From assembly GCA_965221125.1 (NCBI GenBank), contig CBDCRW010000006.1, positions 192,001 to 256,000 on the forward strand: a stretch of 64,000 nucleotides of DNA. Direction: 5' to 3'. Under the pieces are notes generated by a model, which was not told the DNA's origin, searched no databases, and saw nothing but the letters and a program-made list of their open reading frames with translations. The stretch is from Alphaproteobacteria bacterium. GTDB lineage: Bacteria > Pseudomonadota > Alphaproteobacteria > UBA828. Each line of letters starts with the position of its first letter. The first letter of the stretch is position 1. Below, piece after piece: positions 1 to 8,985 of the stretch. Position numbers and translations under genes: made by a program.

Positions 1-744
1 CTCGTCGAGAGCGGCGGCGGAGAGCGCGTAGTGGGCGATGCGGTTGATCTGGCGCGGCAGGCCGCGCGCGCCCTGGAACAGGGCCTCGACGGCGGGCTCT
101 TCGAACAGCGGCAGTTCGCATCCCGCGAGCCTGAGGCGGTGCTTGATGTAAGCGTCGACCTCGTCGCGGTCGAGACCGCTCAGGTGGTGGCGGACGACGA
201 GGCGCTGGCTGAGGGATTCGTGCATGGCCATGGCCAGGCGGCGCCTGAGCTCGGTCAGACCGACGAGGACGAGGCACAGGCGCTGCTCTGCATCCATGGC
301 GAAGTTGGTGAGCAGGCGCAGGTCCTCAAGGACGTCGTTGCGCAGATGATGGGCCTCGTCGATGACGAGGACCGGCAGCTGCTTGGCCTCGGTGACGAGG
401 CGGGAGATCTCGTTTCGGATGGCCTGATAGGCCGAGGCGCGGGAGCGCTCGATGGGCAGGCCGATCTCCCACGCGATCGCCTTGTACATGTCGAGCACGT
501 TGCCCGTGGTCAGCGAGACGTAGTGGACCCGGTAGAGGCCTGGATGAAGCTGCGCGGTCAGATGCCGGCACACGGTGGTCTTGCCGGAGCCCACCTCGCC
601 GGTGAGCAGGCCGATGCCGCGCAGGTCGATGAGGTGGCCGAGCCTGGCCTCGGCCTCGCGGCGCGCGTTGGACTCGAACAGCTCGTCGGTCTCTGCCGGG
701 GTCTCGAAGGGCAGGCGGGTGAAGGCGAAGTGGCGCAGGTACAT
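1..744 (-). CDS. ExeA/TnsC-like AAA ATPase (transposon helper), runs off the window start
   Basis: Read manually from ATG at 744: MYLRHFAFTRLPF...LLTGEVGSGKTT (Walker A)...VLVIDEAHHL (Walker B). The start overlaps the transposase stop (TGATG). It is absent from the ORF track because the stop lies outside the window. Confidence 0.85.
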   Translation of the reverse strand, partial: MYLRHFAFTRLPFETPAETDELFESNARREAEARLGHLIDLRGIGLLTGEVGSGKTTVCRHLTAQLHPGLYRVHYVSLTTGNVLDMYKAIAWEIGLPIERSRASAYQAIRNEISRLVTEAKQLPVLVIDEAHHLRNDVLEDLRLLTNFAMDAEQRLCLVLVGLTELRRRLAMAMHESLSQRLVVRHHLSGLDRDEVDAYIKHRLRLAGCELPLFEEPAVEALFQGARGLPRQINRIAHYALSAAALDE

Positions 745-2072
745 CACTCGTCCTCCTTCTTGTCCTTGAGGTTGCGCATGGCCAGCGGCGAGGGCGGAGG
801 CTCGGGCGCCGGATCTTCGGCCTCGATCTCCCTGGCCGGGTAGGTGCGCCTGACGGCGGTATTGGCGTAGGCGTCGAGAGGGCTGGCCTTGCCGGCCGGC
901 TTGCCGTCATGGACCACGTCGAGAGGGCGCGAGGGCGGCGCGGCCGGGTCGTAGCGCAGGATGACGTTCTGACCCACCAGGAGGGCGTCGACCTCGTAGA
1001 CGCGGCCGTTCAGACTAACGGTGCGGTCCTTGTAGACACGGCGCCTGGCCTCGAAGAGGAACAGATCGTCGAGGTCCATGGTGGCGTCGGGATAGCGCAC
1101 GCCGGCCGAGGCCAGCGCCCACTGCTCAAGCGGGGTGCGCCCCTCGTCGAGGCCACGATGCGGGCTGTTGTGATACTCCCCCTCGATCCAGGCCCAGAGG
1201 CTGCGGTTGAGCGCCTCCAGGCTGTCGACGTCATCGCCGAGGTGGCGGAGCCAGCCGGCCCGGAGGGTGCGGAAGAAGCGCTCGATCTTACCCTTTCCCG
1301 CTGGCTGGAACGCCCTTGCGTGAATCAACGCAACGCCGAGCCTGGCGCAGACCAGGGAGAGATGACGGGAGCGGTAGGCGCTTCCGTTGTCGACGTACAA
1401 GCGGGCCGGGAGGCCGCGCCGGATCAGCGCGTCCTTGAACACCGGCAGGAACGCCGCAGTGTTCTCCGCCATGGCGAAGGCGGCGAACGGGATGACGCGG
1501 GTGGCGTCGTCGATGAAGGCGATCAGGTAGGTCTTGCGCCGGGTTCGGCCGTGCCGGACCTTGGGTCCGTGCATGACGTCGCTCATCCACATCTCGCCGG
1601 CATGCCGGAAGGCGAAGCGGCGGCGATCCGCCCCGTCGGGCGGCTTCTTGTCGAACAGGCCCTCGCGGCTGAAGAGGCGGTGCACGGTGGACGAGGCGAG
1701 CGGGTGGTCGATACCCTCCTCCTTGACCTTCTGGATGATGGCGCGAACCGACAATGCGTCGTTCTCGGTCTTCAGCGCGATGAGGCGCTCGGCGACCTCG
1801 GGCGGCAGCCGCCGGGGCTTCCCCCGGTCGGTGCGGGGCTTGGGGTAGAGCGCGTCGAAGCCGCCGTAGCGGTAGTCCTTGATCCAGCGCCGCATGGTCT
1901 CGGCGGCGACCCGGGTCCTGGTGGTTCCGGGGATCGTGTAGGTCTTCTCGGCTTTGGCGCGCATCATCGCGCCGGCACCCGGTGCACCCACGGGCAGATG
2001 CACCAGATCGGCGATGACGTCGTATCGGAAGAGCGCGATCTGTTGGCGAAGGTCGTCGTCTGAGCTGTTCAT
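744..2072 (-). CDS. DDE (rve) transposase, TnsB/Mu/IS481-like
   Basis: N-terminal HTH; WMSDVMHG, FIDDATR, YVDNG, GKGKIERFF (D-D-E); C-terminal RRVYKDRTVSLNG typical of the Mu-transposase C-terminal domain. Confidence 0.9.
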   Translation of the reverse strand: MNSSDDDLRQQIALFRYDVIADLVHLPVGAPGAGAMMRAKAEKTYTIPGTTRTRVAAETMRRWIKDYRYGGFDALYPKPRTDRGKPRRLPPEVAERLIALKTENDALSVRAIIQKVKEEGIDHPLASSTVHRLFSREGLFDKKPPDGADRRRFAFRHAGEMWMSDVMHGPKVRHGRTRRKTYLIAFIDDATRVIPFAAFAMAENTAAFLPVFKDALIRRGLPARLYVDNGSAYRSRHLSLVCARLGVALIHARAFQPAGKGKIERFFRTLRAGWLRHLGDDVDSLEALNRSLWAWIEGEYHNSPHRGLDEGRTPLEQWALASAGVRYPDATMDLDDLFLFEARRRVYKDRTVSLNGRVYEVDALLVGQNVILRYDPAAPPSRPLDVVHDGKPAGKASPLDAYANTAVRRTYPAREIEAEDPAPEPPPSPLAMRNLKDKKEDE

Positions 2073-2117
2073 GGTGCGATCCTCGTTCAGGGACTCCCTG
2101 GCCCCGGGATCGTCACG

Positions 2118-2753
2118 CTACGAACTCTCCGGCGGCGGGTCCGGCCCCGCCCGTTGTTGGAACTGCGGTTTGCGATTCCCCACGTCGATGCCGTGGGGTT
2201 GGAAGCCCAGAGGCGCGGGTAGCGTCCGGAGCTGCCCGGCGACCAGGCCGCGCAGTTCCATCAACGCGCTGTCGCTCTTCAGACGCTCGCGCACCGCGCT
2301 CATGGTGGGCGCGCAGCCCGCGAGCAGGTCGGGGATCAGGCCGATGACGCGCACAAGCGCGTCGTGCACAAGCTTCAGCCTGCGGCGGATCCAACGCACG
2401 GCGCCGGGAAGCTCGATGGCGTCCTCGTCCTCGGGGCAGCGCACCTCGTCCGCTGCCTCCTCCAGGCTGCCGGCCTCCTCCGCCACGACAACAACCGCTT
2501 CCAGCGCATCGAGCGTGCCCGGCAGCCGCGCCGCCAGACAGTCGGCCAGCAGGCCGATGGTCGTATGGCTCTCACGGCAATACCAGCGAGGAACCCTTGC
2601 GCCGGGCGGGGTCTTCCGCTCGTAGGTGCCGTGGCTTGCCACAGAACATCCGCCGTGCGGGTGATTCGGGCAGCGCTCAAGCCTTGCGTCGCGCCACGCC
2701 TCGGTCTTAACGTATTCCTCGCTGGTGAGCCCCGTTTCGTAGCGAAGCTGCAC
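2118..2753 (-). CDS. Zn-ribbon accessory protein of the transposon (DUF6431-like)
   Basis: CPNHPHGGC...HGTYERK...RWYCRESH Cys/His cluster. First gene of the co-oriented trio with the transposase and ATPase. Confidence 0.65.
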   Translation of the reverse strand: MQLRYETGLTSEEYVKTEAWRDARLERCPNHPHGGCSVASHGTYERKTPPGARVPRWYCRESHTTIGLLADCLAARLPGTLDALEAVVVVAEEAGSLEEAADEVRCPEDEDAIELPGAVRWIRRRLKLVHDALVRVIGLIPDLLAGCAPTMSAVRERLKSDSALMELRGLVAGQLRTLPAPLGFQPHGIDVGNRKPQFQQRAGPDPPPESS

Positions 2754-2861
2754 CGGCCCTGGCCCGGCGGGAGTTCCGTCCCCCGGGCCTCTCTTTGTCG
2801 TTCAGTGAGAGGCCAAGATTACGGACGCTCCCCGCCGCCGCCAAGCTGTGGAGCCGTGGAC

Positions 2862-2895
2862 GCGTCCTGCGGACCGATCGGCGTCCTGCGGACCG
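2862..2895. repeat. 15-bp direct repeat GCGTCCTGCGGACCG x2
   Basis: Identical copies at 2862-2876 and 2881-2895. Confidence 0.85.
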
Positions 2896-2997
2896 TGTGG
2901 ACAGCCCGTGGACAAGCTGGCGCTTGCCCACCGCCTGACCACACTCGCCGAGGTTGTGTCCCCAGACGTGGTGTAGGAGCTCCCGCTACCCCCGGTA

Positions 2998-3066
2998 GCT
3001 GTGGGTAACCGGCTTGGCGCCGCGACCGCCCTCGAGTCTGGTGGCGCCAAGCCGGTTATCCACAGC
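2998..3066. repeat. 24-bp inverted repeat (hairpin) containing DnaA-box-like TTATCCACA
   Basis: GCTGTGGGTAACCGGCTTGGCGCC (2998-3021) pairs with GGCGCCAAGCCGGTTATCCACAGC (3043-3066), with one mismatch. Confidence 0.8.
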
Positions 3067-3137
3067 GGGGTGGCCATCGCGGTTCCGGTTTAGGGTTTGG
3101 GTGAATCCGAATCGACCCGAGCCTAAGGAGAACCACG

Positions 3138-4334
3138 ATGACCGATGACAAGCTTACCCTGCGGACGCTGTTGGAGAAGAGCTCTGACGCCGATCTGCTG
3201 CGTGAGATGATCGCCTTCTCTGCGCAGCGCCTTATGGAGCTGGAAGTCGAGGGCCTGACCGGCGCCGAGCATGGCGCGCGGACGCCGGAGCGGATCAACC
3301 AGCGCAACGGCTACCGCGATCGGCCTTGGGAGACCCGGGCCGGCACGGTCGACCTGAAGATTCCGAAGCTCAGGAAGGGGAGCTACTTCCCCGGCTTCCT
3401 GGAGCCCCGACGGACGGCGGAGAAGGCGCTCACGGCGGTGATCCAGGAGGCCTACATCCAGGGGGTATCGACCCGCTCGGTCGACGAACTGGTTCAGGCC
3501 ATGGGCATGAGCGGGATATCGAAGAGCCAGGTCTCGCGCCTTTGCGGGGAGATAGACGACAAGATCCGCAGCTTCCTCGACCGCCCGCTCGAAGGCGACT
3601 GGCCCTATCTCTGGCTGGATGCGACTTACGTGAAGGTGCGCGAGGCCGGGCGCATCGTCCCGGTCGCGGTCACCGTGGCCGTCGCGGTCAACGACCAGGG
3701 CCGGCGCGAGATCCTCGGCATGGCGATCGGCGCCTCCGAGGCCGAGACCTTCTGGACCGAGTTCCTGCGCTCGCTGACCAGGCGCGGCCTGCGCGGCGTG
3801 CAGCTGGTGATCTCCGACGACCACAAGGGCCTGAAGGCCGCCACCACCCGGATCCTCGGCGCCACCTGGCAGAGATGCCGCGTCCACTTCATGCGCAACC
3901 TGCTGGCCCATGCCGGCAAGCAGGGCCGGCGCGTCGTCTCCGCCTTCGTCGCCACCGCCTTCGCCCAGGACGATGCCGAGGCCGCTGCCGCCCAGTGGCG
4001 CCTGATCGCCGACCAGCTCAGGCCCAAGGCCTCCAAGCTGGCGGCCCTCATGGACGAGGCCCAGCACGACGTCCTCGCCTACATGAGCTTCCCCAAGGAG
4101 CACCGGGTCAAGCTTCACTCGACCAACCCGCTCGAACGCGTCAACGGCGAGATCAAGCGACGCACCAACGTCGTCGGCATCTTCCCCAACGAGGACGCCA
4201 TCACCCGCCTCGTCGGCGCCGTGCTGCTCGAGCAGAACGACGAATGGACCGTCGGAAGGAGGTACATGACGCTGGAATCGATCGCTCCCCTGAGCGACAA
4301 TCCCACGATCAAGCTGTCCGCTGTGGCAGCCTGA
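3138..4334 (+). CDS. IS256-family (mutator) transposase
   Basis: [62 protein letters not shown]; RBS AAGGAG upstream. Confidence 0.97.
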   Translation: MTDDKLTLRTLLEKSSDADLLREMIAFSAQRLMELEVEGLTGAEHGARTPERINQRNGYRDRPWETRAGTVDLKIPKLRKGSYFPGFLEPRRTAEKALTAVIQEAYIQGVSTRSVDELVQAMGMSGISKSQVSRLCGEIDDKIRSFLDRPLEGDWPYLWLDATYVKVREAGRIVPVAVTVAVAVNDQGRREILGMAIGASEAETFWTEFLRSLTRRGLRGVQLVISDDHKGLKAATTRILGATWQRCRVHFMRNLLAHAGKQGRRVVSAFVATAFAQDDAEAAAAQWRLIADQLRPKASKLAALMDEAQHDVLAYMSFPKEHRVKLHSTNPLERVNGEIKRRTNVVGIFPNEDAITRLVGAVLLEQNDEWTVGRRYMTLESIAPLSDNPTIKLSAVAA

Positions 4335-4580
4335 ATAACCCGGCCCTACCCGCCGGATGCCGCGTAAAGCGCGACGCTCTTACACCACTCCTCGGGACAC
4401 GATCCTCGCCGATCTCGCGCCCACCGCTCCACAGCTTCAACAGCAATGAGGATTCTGCTGAGGATCAAAAAAATGCCGCAGGCAGCGTCCTTCCCGCACT
4501 CGGCCACCATCCCGGGAAATCCACCAACCAATCAAAGTGAGAAAAAAACCCGTGCTTCTATCCGGCTAGACCGGAAAACA

Positions 4581-5042
4581 ACACGCAGTCCGTGGAGGGC
4601 AGGGGCTTCCGACGTTTCAGCCCACCGGATCCTCTCGGACCTCTCGGCCTTGATCGGCCACGAGGATCCATCCCGGCACCGAATTCTCGCGGCGGGAGAT
4701 CTGAACATGATCTACGGTGCGACCGGGCGAACCCTGGCACTGCCTGAGCGCGACCGCTCCGTCTGGAACCGCTTCGAGGCGCTCGGCCTGGAGTTTCTCG
4801 GGCCTCAAGCGCCGAACGGCCGACAGTCCCTGGTGCCACCGCCCGATGTGCCGCCGGACACGCAAAACGTTCCGACCTTCTATCCCGTCGGCAAGTCTGC
4901 GGCCGATGCCGCGGTCCAGCTCGACTACGCCTTCGCGTCGCGCGGCTTCCATGAAATGGTGAAGGTGCGCGCCCTCAACAATGTTGATGAGTGGGGCTCA
5001 AGCGACCATTGCCGGCTGCTGATCGAGATTGAGACAGAATGA
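4581..5042 (+). pseudogene. Endonuclease/exonuclease/phosphatase (EEP) gene, 5'-truncated by the transposon
   Basis: AAGDLN, QLDYAFAS and SSDHC motifs are present. The N-terminus is replaced by transposon end sequence. Confidence 0.8.
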
Positions 5043-5138
5043 GGCATCCTGCCCACCGGCGCAGGAAAGTGAGTCATTCGCGATTCCGGTCCGGCAATCA
5101 CCACAAGGTCTATCCTTTGGCATTACGGTCTCTCGCAG

Positions 5139-5370
5139 TTGATACTCAATGACGTCGGAATGAAGGATGTGAGACTGCATGACCTTCGACATGCGATTGT
5201 TAGTAACGCCGTCCGGCGGGGCATCCCGCTGGCTGTCGTCTCCCGCCTGCTCGGCCACAGGCGGCCGGGCATGACGCTGCGCCATGCACACGTCGGAGCC
5301 AGCGAGACTGAGGCGGCGGCGGAGCGTATTGGTGGGGCCGTCGCGCGGGCACTGCGTAGTGATGCAGCCG
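5139..5370 (+). pseudogene. Tyrosine recombinase C-terminal remnant
   Basis: VRLHDLRH...VVSRLLGH...MTLRHAHV; the catalytic Tyr is replaced by His and there is no N-terminus. It resembles the C-terminus of the 44256-45413 integrase. Confidence 0.8.
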
Positions 5371-5521
5371 CAAATTCCCAATCGGTCCTGAAACGTCTCC
5401 ACGCGCCTCACGAGTATCTTGACCCACAGCAGTTCCCCCTTCAGGCTCCGAGCTCGAATCGGCTGGCAGAGGTCCACAAGCCGCGCTGGGGCGTGGCGTA
5501 TAGCATCAGAAGCACCGGATC

Positions 5522-7018
5522 ATGAGCACCGGGGTGATCAGGCAGAAGATAAACCGTCTTTCGGGTGGTGCGCGCCCGCGTGTGCTAGACCTTTTCGCCG
5601 GCTGCGGCGGATTGTCACTTGGCTTCCTGGCCGCCGGCTGTGAAATCGCGGCTGCTGTGGAGTCGGATCCCGATGCTGCCGGATCTCACGGAACCAATTT
5701 TCATCCCGGCGATGACCGACATGCTCAGCCGCGTGATATCACCAGTGTAACGCCGTCAGTCCTTGCTGAAGAGCTGGCTCTGAGCGATCCAGCACACGCA
5801 GTCGACATCATTGTTGGTGGCCCGCCCTGTCAGGCATTTGCCCGTGTAGGTCGGTCAAAGCTCCGGGAAGTTGCTGATCACCCAGAGGCTTTTCGGCATG
5901 ATCCACGGTCCCGATTGTATATTCGTTACTTGGACTATGTTGAAGCATGTGCCCCTCTCGCAGTTGTCCTCGAGAATGTACCAGACATGCTTAATTTTGC
6001 TGGCCGTAACATTGCCCATGAAGTCTGTGAGGTTCTCGCGGAGCGAAATTATTCCTGCGCTTATACCTTGCTCAACGCTGCCTATTATGGTGTGCCGCAG
6101 ATGCGGGAACGCGCATTTCTGATCGCTGTCACCAAAGAGCTATTAGCCAGCGTCACGTTCCCCGCGCCTACGCACTGGATTAAATTGCCTTCCGGCTATG
6201 AGGGATCCCGCGCTGTGGCCCTCAAGCTTCTCGCACATAGCGACACGCATGGTCCGGACGAATTCTGGAAGCCATTTCCTGATTCCAGGGCCGACTTGCC
6301 GACCGCCGTTACAGCAAAGGAGGCATTGCAGGACTTGCCGGAGATTGATGCGCGGGCGGAGCTCGCGAGCGGCAGGCTGAAGAGAGGTGCCCGTCGTTTC
6401 GATAAACCCATTCCGTTTCCAATTCCAAACATCCTCACCGATTATGCACGTATCATGCGTAATTGGCCAGGATTCGAGGCGCGTGACGAGATTTGCGACC
6501 ACGTTATTCGGTACTTACCCCGTGATTACCCACTCTTCGCCCGTCTTGATCCAGGTGACCAGTATCCTGAAGCGCATCGCCATGCGGAGAAAATGTTTGA
6601 CGAAATACTAACTGAACGTCGCAAACAGAAACAGACGCTGCGCAAAGGATCGAAAGCATGGCGTGAGCTTCGCGGCAGTATCGTGCCACCTTATGATAAC
6701 TGCAAGTTTCCTAACAAATGGCGGAAGATGGAATCAGATCAACCGGCACGAACCCTACTGGCCCATCTGGGTAAAGACAGCTACAGCCACATTCACTACG
6801 ACAGTAAACAGGCCCGCACCATATCGGTGCGCGAAGCCGCTCGACTCCAATCCTTTCCCGATGGCTTTGTTTTCTGTGGCACAATGAATCCCGCATTCAG
6901 ACAGATTGGCAATGCCGTGCCGCCACTCTTGGCCAAAGCAATTGGAGAGACTCTGCTTTCCCAGATCACATCTGCCATCGACGTACCGACTTCAGCAACG
7001 GCTGTTGCCGGGGGGTGA
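5522..7018 (+). CDS. dcm: DNA (cytosine-5)-methyltransferase
   Basis: LDLFAGCGG (motif I), GGPPCQ (IV), LENV (VI), QMRERAF (VIII), REAARLQSFPD (IX), QIGNAVPP (X). Confidence 0.96.
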   Translation: MSTGVIRQKINRLSGGARPRVLDLFAGCGGLSLGFLAAGCEIAAAVESDPDAAGSHGTNFHPGDDRHAQPRDITSVTPSVLAEELALSDPAHAVDIIVGGPPCQAFARVGRSKLREVADHPEAFRHDPRSRLYIRYLDYVEACAPLAVVLENVPDMLNFAGRNIAHEVCEVLAERNYSCAYTLLNAAYYGVPQMRERAFLIAVTKELLASVTFPAPTHWIKLPSGYEGSRAVALKLLAHSDTHGPDEFWKPFPDSRADLPTAVTAKEALQDLPEIDARAELASGRLKRGARRFDKPIPFPIPNILTDYARIMRNWPGFEARDEICDHVIRYLPRDYPLFARLDPGDQYPEAHRHAEKMFDEILTERRKQKQTLRKGSKAWRELRGSIVPPYDNCKFPNKWRKMESDQPARTLLAHLGKDSYSHIHYDSKQARTISVREAARLQSFPDGFVFCGTMNPAFRQIGNAVPPLLAKAIGETLLSQITSAIDVPTSATAVAGG

Positions 7019-7021
7019 GAT

Positions 7022-8962
7022 GTGTCAAACGAATCGCCGGAGGTCATAATTGTCCGCTCCCTTGCTGAGTCTGACCTTGGTCTATTCGCAGCTCACCGTA
7101 AGGCCGCCCGGAGCAAACAACGAGCAATCAATATCAACTCGTCCATTGCCCGCAAGTTTCTGAGTCCCGCCGTCTACAAGCTTGGCAAAACGAAACTCAA
7201 CTGCATCTGTGTTTTCGGAGACACGGTAGTCCGAGAGGCCCGACGATTCGGGAAGACGCATAAGAACTGGCGTCTTGGTGGCAAGAAGATTGAAGGAGAG
7301 ATCTTTGCCACACTCGACAGCAAGGATTTTGCCTTAATCCGGTCTGTTGCCGGCAATGACGGGTCTTATCCGGTAACGATCACGTTTGTATCACGTCACA
7401 CGAATAGGGTCGTTCACGCCGGTCTTGCCGCTGTGGTCGAACGAAAACTGACTGACAGTATGACGATATTTGAAGAAGGTGTTGACGGATTTGGCTCCAT
7501 CGCCGAACACTGTCCTTGTCTGAGTTGGGACGAAGCACCTGCAGGGCCGCGTTCACCAGCGGGCCGGTCTCGGCCGATACCTCCGATGCCAACGGAGGAC
7601 AGCGAGGCCCGCCCTCGCAAGGCCAGAACGATCAGGGACAAGGTGCGTAGTCCTCACATCCTTGAAAGGATGCTGCGGGTGGCTGGCGATCTGTCGGCAC
7701 CTGCTCAACTGCGCTTTATGGAAACGGTGGAACAGCTTGCAAGCCAGCTACGACACGTGCTGATTGAGACCGGAGGAATCCAACGCATAGAGAAGAATCA
7801 CCGAAATCTTTGGGGCAGTGTCGCTGGTCGGCCGATCGGTTTCGTGGACGGTGGTCTTGCTAATCTTTCCATGCTTGGATCAGCGCCGATCGCGGCTCGA
7901 GTGGGCGGCTATACCGTTATACCCGGCGTGCATGGGGAGGAGCGGGAGAGATTTGTAGTCCTGAAACACCTTATCGATGAGCTCTACGCTCATGACCAGG
8001 AGGCTGTTTACGAGGACACCTTTCCCGATATCGGCGCGCTTCGGGATGCTGCTCGTATTTCGATCGAGGCGGCTGGCGCGGTCCGGTTGCTTGCCGACCA
8101 GAGCGATCTGTCGTGGGTGTTCCTCCACGGTGCACTTGTAAACCCTGTGTCCCGCTATACAGATGTCATGCGGGATCGTAGGGTGCGGCACCGTTTCCCT
8201 AACTTTTCGAAGTCAGCGCTAACAGAGCTCTTGCCGACGGGGGAGCCACCAAGGCGTGGCCGAGATTGTAATTTCATCAGTGTCCATCTCAGGCAGCTCG
8301 AATTTCTTTCAGATGCAGAGGCAGTTGTCTGCGGTGTGATAGAGCGAGAGAGCACAACCACCTCAGTTTGTCGGGCTGTGCTTGACAGTCTTGAGGACGA
8401 CCTGATCCGCGATTTCTTGCCCTTACCGCCGGCTGAGTGGAAGCGCTGGTTCCGCACTGCCGTTGACCCGTCAGATGATGATGAGTTCGAAGGTCAGCGG
8501 ATCACGGACTCGTTGCTGTTCCGGTGCGTGCTTGAACCTGGCGAGGCGCTTCTGCCCGTGATGGTTGATCGTAACGATATGCGGCGGGCGCCAGATGCGT
8601 GGCGGGACCTTATTGTTCGTTATCCTAAGCCACATGTTTCCTATATTCAGGTGACAGAATGGAGCGCGCCTGTGAGACTGGAACTGTTTGAAAAGGACCT
8701 GGGACGGTTCCGGAACACAGCCGGTCTAGTCTTGCATTGCGCGTTACTGCTTCCCCGCTACGCCTTTCCTGTAGGTCTCGATATTGTGGACAAATTCGCT
8801 CGGATTCCGAACTGGATGAGTCGACCGATAAACACTCACACTGCTGTGCAAGCTATGAAGCAAGCCCTTGACCGGGGAGATACGCGGCTGTTTGACGCCT
8901 TGCGCCACACGCTATGCGGATCCGGTCGAGAATTCTTGCTTCGTCCTGGCATATATCGATAG
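7022..8962 (+). CDS. NurA-family nuclease with an N-terminal putative B3/EcoRII-N-like DNA-binding domain
   Basis: C-terminal part has FVDGG, ISIEA, FLHGALV and YAFPVGLDIVDKFA in NurA order, and lies directly upstream of HerA. The ~165-aa N-terminus (VRSLAESDLG...KQRAININ...RFGK..KNWRL) is followed by a Pro/Arg linker. Confidence 0.72.
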   Translation: MSNESPEVIIVRSLAESDLGLFAAHRKAARSKQRAININSSIARKFLSPAVYKLGKTKLNCICVFGDTVVREARRFGKTHKNWRLGGKKIEGEIFATLDSKDFALIRSVAGNDGSYPVTITFVSRHTNRVVHAGLAAVVERKLTDSMTIFEEGVDGFGSIAEHCPCLSWDEAPAGPRSPAGRSRPIPPMPTEDSEARPRKARTIRDKVRSPHILERMLRVAGDLSAPAQLRFMETVEQLASQLRHVLIETGGIQRIEKNHRNLWGSVAGRPIGFVDGGLANLSMLGSAPIAARVGGYTVIPGVHGEERERFVVLKHLIDELYAHDQEAVYEDTFPDIGALRDAARISIEAAGAVRLLADQSDLSWVFLHGALVNPVSRYTDVMRDRRVRHRFPNFSKSALTELLPTGEPPRRGRDCNFISVHLRQLEFLSDAEAVVCGVIERESTTTSVCRAVLDSLEDDLIRDFLPLPPAEWKRWFRTAVDPSDDDEFEGQRITDSLLFRCVLEPGEALLPVMVDRNDMRRAPDAWRDLIVRYPKPHVSYIQVTEWSAPVRLELFEKDLGRFRNTAGLVLHCALLLPRYAFPVGLDIVDKFARIPNWMSRPINTHTAVQAMKQALDRGDTRLFDALRHTLCGSGREFLLRPGIYR

Positions 8963-8985
8963 AGAAAAACACACAGGCGGACGTT

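Larger units (their letters stand above)
2952..4404 (+). mobile_element. IS256-family insertion sequence
   Basis: Imperfect 29-bp terminal inverted repeats: GGTTGTGTCCCCAGACGTGGTGTAGGAGC (2952-2980) and the reverse complement of 4376-4404. Perfect 8-bp target-site duplication CTCGCCGA at 2944-2951 and 4405-4412. Confidence 0.95.
1..4580 (-). mobile_element. Three-gene TnsB/ExeA-ATPase transposon (other end outside the window), interrupted by IS256
   Basis: Gene trio plus a non-coding end finishing ...CCGGAAAACA at 4580 (5'-TGT terminus on the minus strand). A headless EEP gene resumes straight after it. A palindrome split by IS256 (2843-2864 pairs with 4416-4437) shows the end region is continuous. 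Confidence 0.7.

Noticed and set aside
31-843. 270-aa plus-strand ORF (also 909-2063 + and 3123-4118 -)
   Set aside because: These are antisense shadows of the ATPase and transposase genes, as expected in high-GC DNA. They carry no motifs.
4446-5042. 198-aa ORF as an intact gene
   Set aside because: The first ~45 codons are transposon end sequence fused by chance to the truncated EEP frame.
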